A DNA stretch of 64,000 nt. Source: Macrostomum hystrix. Its lineage: Eukaryota > Animalia > Platyhelminthes. Shown piece by piece: positions 24,113 through 37,079 of the stretch. Under the pieces are notes generated by a model. It was not told the origin of the DNA and did no database searches. It saw nothing but the letters and a program-made list of their open reading frames with translations. The stretch spans positions 682,001-746,000 of the forward strand of contig CATNEN010000010.1 in NCBI GenBank assembly GCA_950097015.1, given 5' to 3'. Positions within the stretch are counted from its first letter, which is position 1. Each line of letters begins with the position of its first letter. Made by a program: the position numbers and the translations under genes.

Positions 24113-24545
24113 TTGCGTGCCATGGCTGACCGTAAGAACTTACTGCAGCTTCGCAAGGCGGCCCTGCAAGCATTGTGTACGCGCGCAAATGTTAGCAATC
24201 GCTGTAACAAGGCCGAGCTCGTCAGCGCCCTATTTGCGGCTCTGGATCAGTCATGGACAGAGGCCCTGCAAAACCGGATTAGTCGTGAACAGAGGCCCTG
24301 CAAAACCTGGAGCAGAGCTCAACAGAATTCAATGCAGATGACGAGGTCGCGGCTGGGGCTGCACGCGAGTCGGCGGTGGGCCTGGACGAGGGCATCGCGA
24401 TGGCGCGGAAGGAGATCAGACTGCTTCAGCTACGCAAAGAAGCTGATTAACTGAGGAAGGAGATCGGCAGTCAGGAGAACGAGCGTCCGACGGCGCAGCC
24501 GAATAACCGCAGAGAGTTTACCAGACCCGTTGACCCTGATTGCCC
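24113..24545 (+). mobile_element. Degenerate LTR-retrotransposon gag-like N-terminal fragment (SAP-like helix pair, then coiled coil)
   Basis: LLQLRKAALQALCTRANVSNRCNKAELVSAL followed by frameshifted charged coiled-coil sequence. Confidence 0.4.
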
Positions 24546-25109
24546 CTTTGAATTGCGTGACGATCAGGAACTAGAGCAAGAGAATGTTAGCAGTATTTGG
24601 TGCTTGTCAAGCTAAAATAGCTTGCTATGGGCATGTGATTTTCTACATTTTATTGAGCAGCAAGAAATATGTTGTTAAAACCAGATAACTTGCTATTAGT
24701 AGCTTTATTTAGGAGTAGCAAATAGTACTGATATAAGTTTGACGACTGATGTTCGTTTGTTTAAAATATTTACTATGGCATCAAGTATTTTAATTACCTC
24801 GTTTCCAGAACCAGAATAAATATGATTTCCCAGGAAAAGAAGAAGTACAACTTCCATTTTTCAAGCATATGATGGTCGTGAAATCCTTCATTTTTTCTGC
24901 TAAATTCTTAATAGTTGTGTAAGATTGTTGGCAACATGTTCGCACGCGCTATGTATGTTTGCATGCTGTACAATGATGTACATTAATCGTTAAAATATAA
25001 GCGAGTGAGTTGACGCCTTAAGTGGCGAGAATTTGGTCTACGCTACAATCTCGTTTTCGGCGGCTTACACTGGTCGCAGAGGTGGCTGTGAAAAACAGTG
25101 AGAGCAGTG

Positions 25110-25895
25110 CTAGTGCAGTGAGCCCTGCAGTGGCAGTAGCGCAAGCCAGTTTTGTCAACATGTTTCTGCGACCGCCCCAATACCAGTATGGGCAAGATTT
25201 TGAGCTCTGGCTGGCGCGTTTCAACAACTTTGCATCGTCCTTTCCGGAGGATCAGCGCAAAAATGCTCTACTGTCATTCCTCGACGGCAGCTGGCGAACT
25301 ATTTGCGAACTGGCGGACAACCAGCAAAGGCAAAGACAGATAGTTGGAGCAATCGGCAGCGGCAGCTTCTGTCTGAGTTCCAGCGGCTGACGCTGGTAGA
25401 CGGTCTGCTGAGCCGCCGGTGGGAGTCAGATGATGGCAGCGCCCTTTGTCAGCAGCTGCTGGTGCCGGAAAGTCTGCAGCACGATGTCTTCGCCGAAACT
25501 CATGCTGGAACGAGCGGCAGCCACTGCGGTCCGCAGAAGACCATCGAAAAGATCAGGGCGCGACTCTACTGGCCTGGAATAACAGCAGACGTGACTGACT
25601 GGTGCGCCACGTGCAGCGAATGCGCGAGACTGAAGGACTCCGGTCAGCACATGCGGGCGCCTCTGCAGAGCATGGCGGTCGGCAGCGTTGGTCAGCGACT
25701 GGAAATGGACTTCATGGTGGGCTTGCCGAGAACTGAGCGAGGAAATTCAGTTATCCTGGTCGTCATCGACACCTTCAGCAAATGGAACGAGGCCTTCCCA
25801 CTGCCATCCCAAGACGCTGAGACTACAGCCCGCACATTTGTCAACGAGTGGGTGGCTCGCTTCGGAGTTCCGCAGTCAGTGCACACGTCAGACGG
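25110..25895 (+). mobile_element. Ty3/Gypsy internal-deletion remnant: gag fragment joined to integrase
   Basis: Gag-like RPPQYQYGQDFELWLARF...NALLSFLDG, then integrase H-H-C-C (ETHAG..SHCG...YWPGI...CATCSEC) and core (LEMDFMVGLP...LVVIDTFSKW...FGVPQSVHTSDG). No PR, RT or RH between them. Confidence 0.85.
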
Positions 25896-27095
25896 TACTG
25901 CTTGCTTGAAGGTGCGAAAATGTCGATTCAGAGACTCCTGACCTGGCAGATCTCGAAGATGGATTTGTTTTTGGATTATCTTCCGATGCAAATCGCCATG
26001 TATATCGCATTTTTGAATAGCAAGAGAAAAGTGGAAAATTCAGCTCAAAACTTTTGTTCAACGCGCTGCTCACTAACGGGATTAATGTGCACGGCATCCC
26101 AGACAGCATCGTGGTCAACTCGTGGAGCTGTATGATCACGCCACTTAATGTGCTGCAATTCCAAATAAATGTCTTACTAAGAACTGCGATCTCCATTTTT
26201 AATTATTCTCTCTACAAAAATTAATGCGTACGACCAGCTGACACAGAAATCTCTTCGCTCACCTATGTAGGGCCTGGGGCCTGCAGAGCCGGCAGTGCCT
26301 AACGCACTGCCAGCTGGTCGGCAAGATGGACAGCGCCTGCCCGCTGGCAGCCGACGCCTGCGAGCAGTGCTGCGAGGGCCTCGGCCAGACTTGCGCTCCG
26401 CTGAGCGGTGGAATTAATCCAAGGCCTCTCAGCCTTTTCAGACGGCTGTTGAAGCAGATCGGCGAGATGGAAAAAGAAACTCTAGGTGTGGACACTGGAG
26501 GTGCCTGCAGGTGCTCCAAGCGCCATCCGAGCCTGAAGTCTCTGATCGAGCCCTACCCATCTCAATGCCAACACATCGAAACGGTTAATCTAATCATTCT
26601 ACTGACTTCAGACCACAGTAAACATGGCTGTCAGAAATATCTCTCCACATACTCCTAAAGCTAGAATAAAGCAAGACTCCATTTTTAGCCATTTTGAGAT
26701 TGAGATCTTACTTTACTTGATGCTATTGAAGCATCCAGTGCTATTGTAGCAAATATACGGAAAATTGTTTGATTTTGCATAACAAAGCTAAACAAGTAAA
26801 AACGTGCTGCGTTTCTGGAACATTTGCCTCAGTCCAGCAACTGTATTTGCAACTGATGTTACTTGCGGAGTTGAGGCTGGAGACAAACAATTGGATTCCA
26901 TCTGCAAATTGCGATGACTCGTCACGGTCAGCTGTTCGTGCAAATCATGTTGAAAAATCCCACAATGGCGCACTTTAAGCCGGCGCAGCACTTGATGTAC
27001 TTGCCTAACATGCCGCGCACCGTGCACTTTTCGCCAACCTTGCTGCATCCAATTCGTTCATTTGGACAGCAGCTAACGACTGCGGGCATGGGGGA

Positions 27096-27096
<1 letters not shown>

Positions 27097-27150
<54 letters not shown>

Positions 27151-27156
27151 CTGTCT
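27097..27156. repeat. (GTCT)n microsatellite
   Basis: About 15 units. Confidence 0.95.
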
Positions 27157-28462
27157 GGCTAAAGCCCGAGAGATTCTCGAAACAATTTAATCAAACTTGC
27201 TAGTACTGAAACCTAATCAATAACTTCATAACTTAAAAGCTTACTCACCTGCGAACATCAATGCGAGAGTAAAGAGCACAGTCAGTTTCATGATCTTGAG
27301 CTATATAAGTCTCTGTGTGTTTAAGTAACTCAGATGATGCCACAGTTGATTAGATTCGCTGTTTCTTTTTGTCTCATTTTCTGCATGATTAATAACATAT
27401 TGGCTAAAGAAACTGCATACAACTGCCATATGTAGTTAAGGACTTTCGACCATAGACCTGAAATAAAATTGAACTATATATACTATATATCCTATATACT
27501 AAAATTCGTTTTGTTTGTTTGTTTGGAAGATTCGCATCTTCTCCTAGATGGTGACGACAGAGCACGTAAATAAAAAACTGGAAGAGAGATTGGCTGCCCA
27601 CCAGGTATGCAGTTGTTCAGTCGCGGCTGTGATCAGGACGTTGGTTCACTCTGATTGGTCAGATGGGCGTCGAGTCACTGTAGACGGCAGAAAATTGGTT
27701 AATAAAATCAATTGTTTATTCGGCCTTCTGAGCTCATCTGATGTGATTGCGGCATCCACTTGCCAACAGTGCTGCACACCCTACTGGATGTACTTTTATA
27801 TAAATCCAGTAGGGTGTACTTTTATATAATTATATCGATGAATTGTGCATAGTTTGCAGTACAAGACCAAAGATAATAGCATAAACTAACACTTTAAGTA
27901 AGACGTGTAAAACAACAGCAAAGTATAACAAGCCGAAAACTAAAACGGTCCGTAAAACAATTACAAAACTGAAACCCGGATACAAACACAAACTGTAACT
28001 ACAAACATTGTAAACACCATAAACAAAGACTATAAACTCTACCAACACTATAATTGCAGCTCATCAATCAAATGCATCACCAGACGGTGCATTTCCTCGG
28101 TTATTTTTATCGAGCCATAAAGGCATGCAACAACTCGAGCGCCTAAACTGAGGCATGACTCGCGAACAGAGAAGTGCATAACGCACTTTATTCAAGTGCA
28201 AAGTTGTCTCTGCACACTTATTAGTTTTTGCTCATTACGTTAATGATCACACATCAGTAAAAAAGTTCGATGGTAAATTGTCACGTTCGCTTCCAGTAAA
28301 AGGAGCATCTGCCAGGACTGGATTGCGCCGTGAGTAAATTGCAGCATCAGGAAATCTAAACCAATCTTATACGAATATCTAATGCTGAAATATTCGAGAT
28401 CTTAATTCACCGGCGCTCAGAATATTTGGCGCAAAACATACTCACAATACTCACTCACAAGA

Positions 28463-28775
28463 GGTTGTAGCCTAGTGGTTAAGGCGTCGGACTCACGACT
28501 TGAAGGTCGGGGGTTCGATTCCCGACCCCACTGGAACAAGTTGCGTCCTTTAGCAAGATACTTAACTCTGCATTGCTTCAGTTCACCCAGCTGTTAAATG
28601 GGTACCAGCATCAGCTGGGATAATTGAAGGTGGGTGTGGCGTCCCCCCAGTCCGTGGACTGAACAGCTGTACGCAGCCTTCAGATGCGCCGCGCATTAGC
28701 TGCGGCTGTGCTGTCGGCTGCACATCTGACCCAATTGGGGCAGGTGTAATCAATTAATAATTAATTAATTAATAA
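28463..28775 (+). mobile_element. tRNA-derived SINE with a CORE-like central domain
   Basis: A-box TAGCCTAGTGG and B-box GGTTCGATTCC, but poor cloverleaf pairing. Followed by cctttagcaagatacttaactc...cttcagttcacccagctgttaaatgggtacc and an AT-rich tail. The 3' motif ggactgaacagctgtacgcag recurs at ~3600. Confidence 0.75.
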
Positions 28776-29265
28776 CAGATTTATGTTTGCGAGATCAAAT
28801 AACAGACACAAACAGATTTGCGTCTCTTGTGACGCTTTTTAACAGTCGAAGCGAAGTTACCTTACTTTTATTTTAATAGCCTAAAGTCCACGCCTTTTCC
28901 CCCGGGATGCAGCAACTGTAAATTTAGCGCATGCAAGTAACTTCACTTCAATTTCATAATTATACGTAATTCTATCTAAAATGCAAGGTGCTTTCTGTGT
29001 ACGAGCAAGGTCTTACATTTATTTCCCATTCCACTCACTCGGCGATAAAAAAATTCATCCGGGATTGAGTGCGATTGGTGGCAATCAGACTTCTCTCTCT
29101 CTCATTCCACACGCTGCAGTGCTCTCTCATTATGCCTATTGGTGCCCGTGTTGCTCAGAAGGGCAGAAAACTGCTTGCCAGAATTAATATAATTCCAACA
29201 ATGGAAAAATTTCCTGCTTCTGAATTCTCGGAGAACACAGAATAATTGCTAAAGCATAAAAGACG

Positions 29266-32200
29266 ATGGTATCATGCTGTTCACTGTTCTGGCTATTCAT
29301 TCTGTTGATGGTAACAGCCGTTGCTAAGCAGTGCCGCTGTGAAAATAACAGAACTGCTGTCAATGTTCTGAACTTGTGCACCTCTTCGCGACGAGGGCCA
29401 TTCAGATCTATCGAGAATGTCATAAAAGCCTTGGTTCCTGTGCTTAACAACCTGACGAATTTGTTCCCCAGATTCTACCTCGTAATACACCAGCCGCAAT
29501 GTACACTGACTGTGAGCTTAATGCGTCTATAGTTGAATTTTAGGAGCAACGCGTTTTTCGCAATTTGCATCCCACCATGCATGTGCCACCCCCACTCAGG
29601 GCGATACGGGCAGCGCATCGAAGGCCTTTATCGATGGCTACCTGAGCCCACCAAACAAGGCAGCCATTATCGGCATGTCTGAAGCTGAGCAGTCTCAGGT
29701 TGTGGCTGCTGTGGCTCGTTTCTACTATGTTCCCATGGTGAGCATTGAGATGACATAAATGTGAAAGGAGTATCGATTGGGCAGCAATCGAACCGGTTTT
29801 GAAGGGCCTGGCAGAGCATAATTGAAGCTGAGCAAGATGGGAGTTGAAGCAGCTTTCAAGCAGTTCGGATATCATTGTTGCTGCGGTACACTCTGAACAA
29901 ATTTCCCATTTCTTTCAAAACCACCGACTCAGATCTCGTACACAAACGCCTCGCCGCAGCTGTCGGACAAGACACGTTACACGACCTTCAGCCGGCTAGA
30001 GCTTATGTACACTTTGTATAACGAGGAGATTATTCAAATCCTGGAGAAGTACAACTGGCGAAATATTGGCCTGCTGATCACGGAGTCAGACCAGATCTAC
30101 TCGGTAAGTGCTAGCAGAAGGAATACCGAGCACCGATAGGCGATTTACTGCAGCCGAATAGCGCCTGAATAGAGCCACACCACGCCGCCAGTGACTACTC
30201 AAAGATACGACCGTACTTAGTTACTTCCACCGACGAAGCGTGCTTTCTACTGTTAATGAAGAGTGACTCAGAGTTAGGCAATAAGACCATCATTTTTAGT
30301 TCTCACTGAGCTAGTTCTACTCGCATCAGAATTTGATTCTGCGAGTTTAAATTAGCATTCGGAGCAACGGTTCTTTCATGCGGCTAGTTCAAAGTTTGTA
30401 GATCGCAGGGGCGAAAGAATTTTATGTCATTAAGAGCGCATATTTATTGAACCGACCCCTGTTTTTGTTTTCTTATGTCTGATAAAAATGATGCAACCTG
30501 TCGGTTTTACATATTTGACTCTGCAGGTTGGTGCAGACTTTGAATCGAAGTTATCTAGCCGAAACATCACCACGGTCCACAAGGCGCTCTTCACGAACGA
30601 CTTGCGCGACGCTCTGACTAGAATGAAGGTCTGGACATTCTAATAATTGCTTCATAGTTCAATTTAAAATTTTAGCTGTTTGCCGGGGATAAGTGCATGG
30701 CAGAGCTGTTAACGCATTTAACAATTGAAATCTCTCTAGTGTCTCTCTAATAGGTCCTCCTGAAAGGCGTCTTCTTCGTTAACTCCTAAAGATAACGGAT
30801 AACTCAAATCAATCATGAATAATCCTCTAACAATGTATCCTAGAAAACAAGGAGGCCTTTCTCAAATGTACCGACGATTTGTGGCTCTCGTAAACTTAGC
30901 TCAATTCAACAAAGATTGCTAGCAATAAATAACTCTGTCAAGTAAAACGCTTACCACTTGTCTTCTCGTCAGAGATGAGTTCTCTTCTTCTTAAAGCTTG
31001 TTTGAAGTCCGATGGACCGCTCCGAGTCTGAATTTTCAGCTCGGATTTTAACTTGTATTTACAGTAAAGTTTTAGTGGAAAACCGTTTCAGGACCGGGTG
31101 TTTACTTAGGGAATACATGTTTGCATGGCGAGATAAAGCTTAATTTTTTAGCTGCATTTTGGGGGGTTTTCAAGTGAGCATTTTACCATATGTGGGAGTA
31201 TGAGCCAAATACAGCTGTCGAGAACCGGTTCTCCTATTTCAAGTCACATGACTTTGTTACTTTGTTGCTAAAAATTGCATCATGACTTTGCTACTTTATT
31301 TCTAAAAATAGCATATAAGTCATCATGACTCATACCTAAAAATAGATTAACAATTTTAGCCTAGGTTTCCTTGTAATATTACTTCATGTAGCGCGTTGAA
31401 TATATAGCATATGTTAATACTCTCTACACTCGCTGGCTGAAGGTCTAGTGTCACCGAATGATGTGCCAAAGCCCGCAGCCCTCCTAAAATTATTAAAAAT
31501 ATTATTATTTTCATGATTATTACTGTATTAACTGTTTGCCGTATCGCAAATAGTGGCAGACAGATGCTGTCCTAAGACTAGCGAAGATAAAGTAGCCACA
31601 GAGAAGGAAGATTTGACATGTGCGTATTTTTTTTAAATATTAAATAAAGAATTGGCGTAACCCAGCTGTGATTAGGTTTATTTGTTTACAGGTCATTCAC
31701 TATGGGTCAAAATTCTAAATGACTGTCGAATAGCTGATAGTTAAATTTTTTTCTAGACACCAAAGAGACGACACTACAAACGCATTTAATACACAAGTTT
31801 CTGCAATTTCAGGAAATTAACATAAGAATCTTTGTGGCTTTTCGATTTGCGTACCAGGAGACCGTTGCTATGGAGTGCCTGGTGAGTCTCACACCGCACT
31901 TTATAAAATATAAGAAATGCAAATTCAAATGGGAGCTTTGGAGTTAAATTTATTTAACACATTTTTTAAACAACCACATTTTCATTGCTTTTAGATTGAC
32001 GAGCTGCAACTTTTTGGGCCAAATTATCAGTGGATCTTCAGCGGCATCCACGGCCTGCCTGCAGCGGATGGCGACAGCGACTCCTGCACTTCGGCGATGC
32101 GGGCCCGGGCCGTGGCGAACGCCTTCATTTTCGACACAGACATGGCCGACAGGGATTATGTCCCGCCGCCAAGCAGTACAGGCCTAGTGAGTTTAGGGGA

Positions 32201-35200
32201 ATCCTGCAGGTTCCTTTGCCCTAGAAGCACAAAGTACACAAGCTCACAATGGTCTATGTGAAAGCACGACGTTTTCAAATTAAAAAAATTCTTTGTGGTT
32301 TCTGGTTTCAATGGAAAAGTAGATTATTGATCGTAACATACCAATTTTTTGCTGAAAAAATGTTCATCCACTGATCTGAGCTTCAGCAGGTAAGACGTAA
32401 GGAACATTTGTCAGACTGCACGCTTAGTCAACAGATGCGACTCAACTTTGCAGACAATCGAAGAAATTTACACAGCAATTAGGACTAACAGCAGTGGCTT
32501 TCCGAGGAACTTCAATAGGACCATAGCCAGGATTTTCGACACAATGACAACGGTGGCGTTTGCGATAAATGAAACACTGCAACAATTTTCCTATGAGCCG
32601 AGCCTACAGTTGCGCAACAGTAGCTTCAAGACGGAGCTGCTAAAAAGCATTCGTAGGCAGAACTTCAACGGTATCGAGGTGAGGTGCATTTCATAATTCG
32701 TAAAACATCAGAAATCTATGTTGCTCTTAACGTGCATTTTACTAGCTATTTTCGAAAAAAAGAATGAGCAAGAAAGCTTTCAAACAGCAAGTATATTTTA
32801 ACACTACTTTCAGGGCCCAGTGCGCTTTAACGAATTTGGTGATAGAATTGCGGAAGTTAAAGTCTACCAAATTCAAGGTCAGAAGTCAACAAGTGGACAT
32901 TCTTTAGAAAAATGAATGAATTTGAATTGCTTCTTTGCTAAAAACTGTATTTGAATAAACAACCAATCACAGATAACGTGGCGGTTCCCATGGCCTCATT
33001 CGAGCCGTCGACGGGTCATACTGATTGGACAGCGCAGCCGAAGTTCGCCGGCGGTGAGCCGCCAGTCGACCGACCGCTGACCATCGATCGGCTGCTGACC
33101 ATCGATTCGGCCGCCGCGGTCGTCTGCATTATTTTGGCGGCCATCTGTATGATGTTCGCCGCTGTCTCGGCTGGCGTCACCATGTTCTACCGGAATCTGC
33201 GCCTGATGAAGCTGAGCTCACCTCACGTCAATTTGGCCATCGCGTTCGGCTGCTGCCTCGCCTATGCCAGCTGTGTCGCCATGGCGACCAACGGAGCGAG
33301 TAGTGGAAGCGGAGGCGGATCAGTGATTTGCTGGGTTGAGACCTGTTGCTTGGCACTGGGCTATTCCAGTGCGTTTGGAGCCATGTTCGCCAAGACCTGG
33401 CGGGTCCACGTCATCTTCACCAACAAGCGGCTGAAGAGAGTGGTGCGCGAGCCTTGACTATCACTATCAGCTTAATGTCTCAAAATGCAAGAATTGTTTT
33501 GAGGAAGGATGTGAACCACCACTGCCTGCGACCACATGTTCAAGGTGGCTGAATGGAGCCAGAATCAGAGACAATCAGTAGCATTTAAATTGCGCATCTA
33601 GGTTACAAGGGCCAAACCTACTCTTAAACATGCAAAGTAACCGGGGCTGCTAATTAGTGACAAGAATGGGCGTGAGCAGACGGTACAGAGGAGTGAAATA
33701 AATGAAAAACAGGCCGGGGCAAGACACCTACTTGATTGGCAGTTTTTTAGACACGGTAATAATGAACGAGAAGAAAATAATGAAAGCAAAAAATCCACCC
33801 AAAACAGGCAATTAGGGACTGGCACCTGCTTTCGATTGTCGGTGCCCTCGTGCTGCTGGATGTCCTGATCTTCGTCCTTTGGGCCACCCTGGACCCGATG
33901 AATCTCTTTGAAATTAAGCTGCAATCTGAGGTGAATAAGCTTTCAGATGGTATCCACATTTCCTTTTGAGTTTTGATTGTACTATCTTTTTTTCAGCTTC
34001 TAGCACTTCCAATGAATCGATTATTTGTTAAATTTTGCCGCTTTTTGATGAAAATTTAGGAGGATGCCGAGGCAGGTGTGATCTATACCTGGCGAACTGC
34101 AGTGTGCCGCTCCCGCTTGGCTAATATCTGGCACGGCGTTCTAGTCGGGAAGAACGGTGAGCTGTACTTTCAGTTTACGCCTGACAAAATACTCAAAAAC
34201 TCACGAACTCTGCAAGAGATTGACGGCATGTAAAAAACTGTGAGGCAACCAAGGACCACTAGAAGAAAAAGGAAAAAGGAAATAGAAATTCTATAGAAGT
34301 ATATCAGGTATGAATATGAATATCAGGTATTCAATACCTGATATTCAAGTATTGCACCAGAATTTAGAGAATTAAGAAATGTCATTGATAATCCTCTCGT
34401 CAAAGCATTCCAAGCAAATTCGATTAAAACTTATGTCGGTCTTGAAAGCAAGAAATTTTCCTTAATTTGGCTTAATGAAGGCACAATACGACAGTTGTCT
34501 TCGCTTTTGGCCTCACTTGACTGTTCTGTAAGGAATTTATGATTTCTGGCACTAGCAAACGATACAGCTGCATTTAAAAAAAAAACAGGTCTAATCCTCA
34601 TCTTTGGAATCTTCTTTGCGTGGGAGACGCGCCGAGTCTACGTCGAGGCACTGAACGACAGCAAGCAGATCGGAATCTGCGTGTACAACACCCTCATCAT
34701 GGGCGCCATCGGCGTGTCGATCAACTTTGTGCTGCCCAGTAGCCAGCCGACTCTGATCTTCGTCCTGACCACCGTCTGCATCTTCGTGTGCGCCACCACC
34801 GCTCTTGTGCTCGTGTTCGGCAGCAAGGTACCGAATCCGGGCTTTCATTTTGTGCTGCAGAGCAGTTCTTATTGATGTGGCTGCATTTGCTGCGATTACA
34901 TTGTCAGAAGTAATTATGGTCATTCAATTAGCAGACTAAAATAATCTGTACGAGTATCGAGTATAGTTGTATTTAATTATGCATTGATAATTACAGTGAA
35001 GTCAAATAACCAGTTTCCAGTCTGCACTCACTGTCACTGGAAAGAAAGTACCGCGCCGCCACCCGCAGATCCTTATGTTGATCCAGCACGGCCCGACACG
35101 CATCGACAACCTGGCGATGGGAGGACTGAACGGCGCGGGTGGTAGCGCGGGTGGAATCGCTGATGTCAGCGGCGGCAACACGACGGGACGGTCCGGAGCC

Positions 35201-35236
35201 ATAATGGTGGTGCCGGCTGCGGATTCCAGTAGCTGA
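29266..35236 (+). CDS. GABA-B-receptor-like class C GPCR (signal peptide, Venus flytrap domain, 7TM), about 13 exons
   Basis: Signal peptide MVSCCSLFWLFILLMVTAVA. Spliced VFT segments GDTGSASKAF..., ISYTNASPQLSDKTRYTTFSR, FGPNYQWIF and GPVRFNEFGDR. 7TM motifs MKLSSPHVN, FGAMFAKTWRVHVIF, WATLDP, FAWETRRVYVEALNDSKQIGICVYN and LVLVFGSK. Last exon ILML...SSS* ends at 35236. Confidence 0.9.
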
Positions 35237-35771
35237 GCTAAGAGATGATCGCGCAATCTAGCTAGCGGAATCTAAAAATGAAATCAAAGTACGCTCTCAC
35301 TCTGCACATGCCGCTCTGGATCTTGTGTTCAGCCGGGCCTCTGATTAAAAATATTCCGTGATTAAAAATAACCGATGATCAAACAAATGAGAAAATTGTA
35401 TACGCGTATTTTACTGTTTATAAAGGAGCTTCGGCGAACATAACAAACGCTACGAGCTGGCAAATGGAGAGCGAGCTCGTTTGAATTAAGAGTCCTGAAA
35501 TGGGTCGCACATCAAAGCGAAAAGAACAATGAAAATACAATTCTGGCTGCATTGCCCAATTCAGGCGATTAAGCGTATTTCTGCGTGTAGCCTTGTTGTT
35601 GCCACATGAAACGCGCCTAAATATGATCTCTATGCTTAGCAGATTTGCAATTTAAAAAAAGTTTGGTAAGTTTCAGTCGATTGGTTAGAGCAGAACAATC
35701 CAAACCGAGTGATCTGGAGTTCGAATCTTATAGTCTTAATTAAAAAACTCAATCGGTCAGTTAAACCAGTG

Positions 35772-36450
35772 GGACAACACTAGCGATTGGTGACAACACT
35801 AGCGATTGGTGACAACACTAGCGATTGGTGACAACACTAGCGATTGGTGACAACACTAGCGATTGGTGACAACACTAGCGATTGGTGACAACACTAGCGA
35901 TTGGTGACAACACTAGCGATTGGTGACAACACTAGCGATTGGTGACAACACTAGCGATTGGTGACAACACTAGCGATTGGTGACAACACTAGCGATTGGT
36001 GACAACACTAGCGATTGGTGACAACACTAGCGATTGGTGACAACACTAGCGATTGGTGACAACACTAGCGATTGGTGACAACACTAGCGATTGGTGACAA
36101 CACTAGCGATTGGTGACAACACTAGCGATTGGTGACAACACTAGCGATTGGTGACAACACTAGCGATTGGTGACAACACTAGCGATTGGTGACAACACTA
36201 GCGATTAGTGACAACACTAGCGATTGGTGACAACACTAGCGATTGGTGACAACACTACCGATTGGTGACAACACTAGCGATTGGTGACAACACTAGCGAT
36301 TGGTGACAACACTAGCGATTGGTGACAACACTAGCGATTGGTGACAACACTAGCGATTGGTGACAACACTACCGATTGGTGACAACACTAGCGATTGGTG
36401 ACAACACTAGCGATTGGTGACAACACTAGCGATTGGTAACAACACTAGCA
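35772..36450. repeat. 19-bp minisatellite (GACAACACTAGCGATTGGT)n
   Basis: About 35 almost invariant units. Confidence 0.97.
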
Positions 36451-36519
36451 GGACAACTGAGCACAATATGTAATTTGCAAAATAAATACTGGCATAAGTG
36501 AAAAAAAACTGAAGAAAAT

Positions 36520-36770
36520 CAATTAAGAGAAGACGAAACAACAACATAACTTCTCATCAAAATCTCTTCTTTGATCTGCAGGTCCACAGCGCGGTGTAGG
36601 GTAACCGAGGACATGTGGTTGGCACTAAAGAATTTTTTAAGCTCTATACCATCAGTGATGTTGAGAACCATTTGGGATGCCGTCAAAGATAAGATCGCGA
36701 TCGGGGTCCTTCTTATAATCAGACAACCAGGCGCTCAGGTGGAAGCAACCAACTCTCGTTGTGGTTGAAT
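36520..36770 (-). mobile_element. Degenerate DIRS/Ngaro-like retrotransposon RT N-terminal fragment
   Basis: The minus strand reads SAWLSDYKKDPDRDLIFDGIPNG / LNITDG...ANHMSSVTLHRAVDLQIKEEILMRSY across one frameshift. This resembles W...DPD..l..Gi..GF.I...N..SA....V...I..E. Confidence 0.45.
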
Positions 36771-37079
36771 GGCGATCGGTACTAAAATTCGACTGAATGT
36801 TAAGCCGACTCTCCGGATTAAAAACAGGCAACGCTTCATTCAGCTTTTTGTGGGCCTCAAAGCAGATGCGGCAAACATGTCGGAATTTACAGCTGGAACT
36901 GTAGCAGCGCCGCTGGCTTAGACGACCGCGATCTTGTTTTTAATTCACCTGCGGTCGCCCGCAGGCGGCTGCGGCGTGGTCGATGGGATCGTCAATGGGG
37001 GACTCCAGCTGACCCACTCCATGGAGTAAGTCACAAATAAGACTGCCCCCGCCTCCCAGTACGTTGTTCCAGGTAAGTG

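Noticed and set aside
22862-25895. Solo LTR and Gypsy fragments as one element
   Set aside because: No primer-binding site follows the LTR, unrelated repeats intervene, and no second LTR was found.
28463-28535. tRNA gene (CAC anticodon position)
   Set aside because: A and B boxes are good but the acceptor and anticodon stems pair poorly, and it continues into a SINE body and tail.
35670-35745. Second tRNA-like sequence (gattggttagagc ... gagttcgaatct)
   Set aside because: No cloverleaf; at most a degenerate SINE head.
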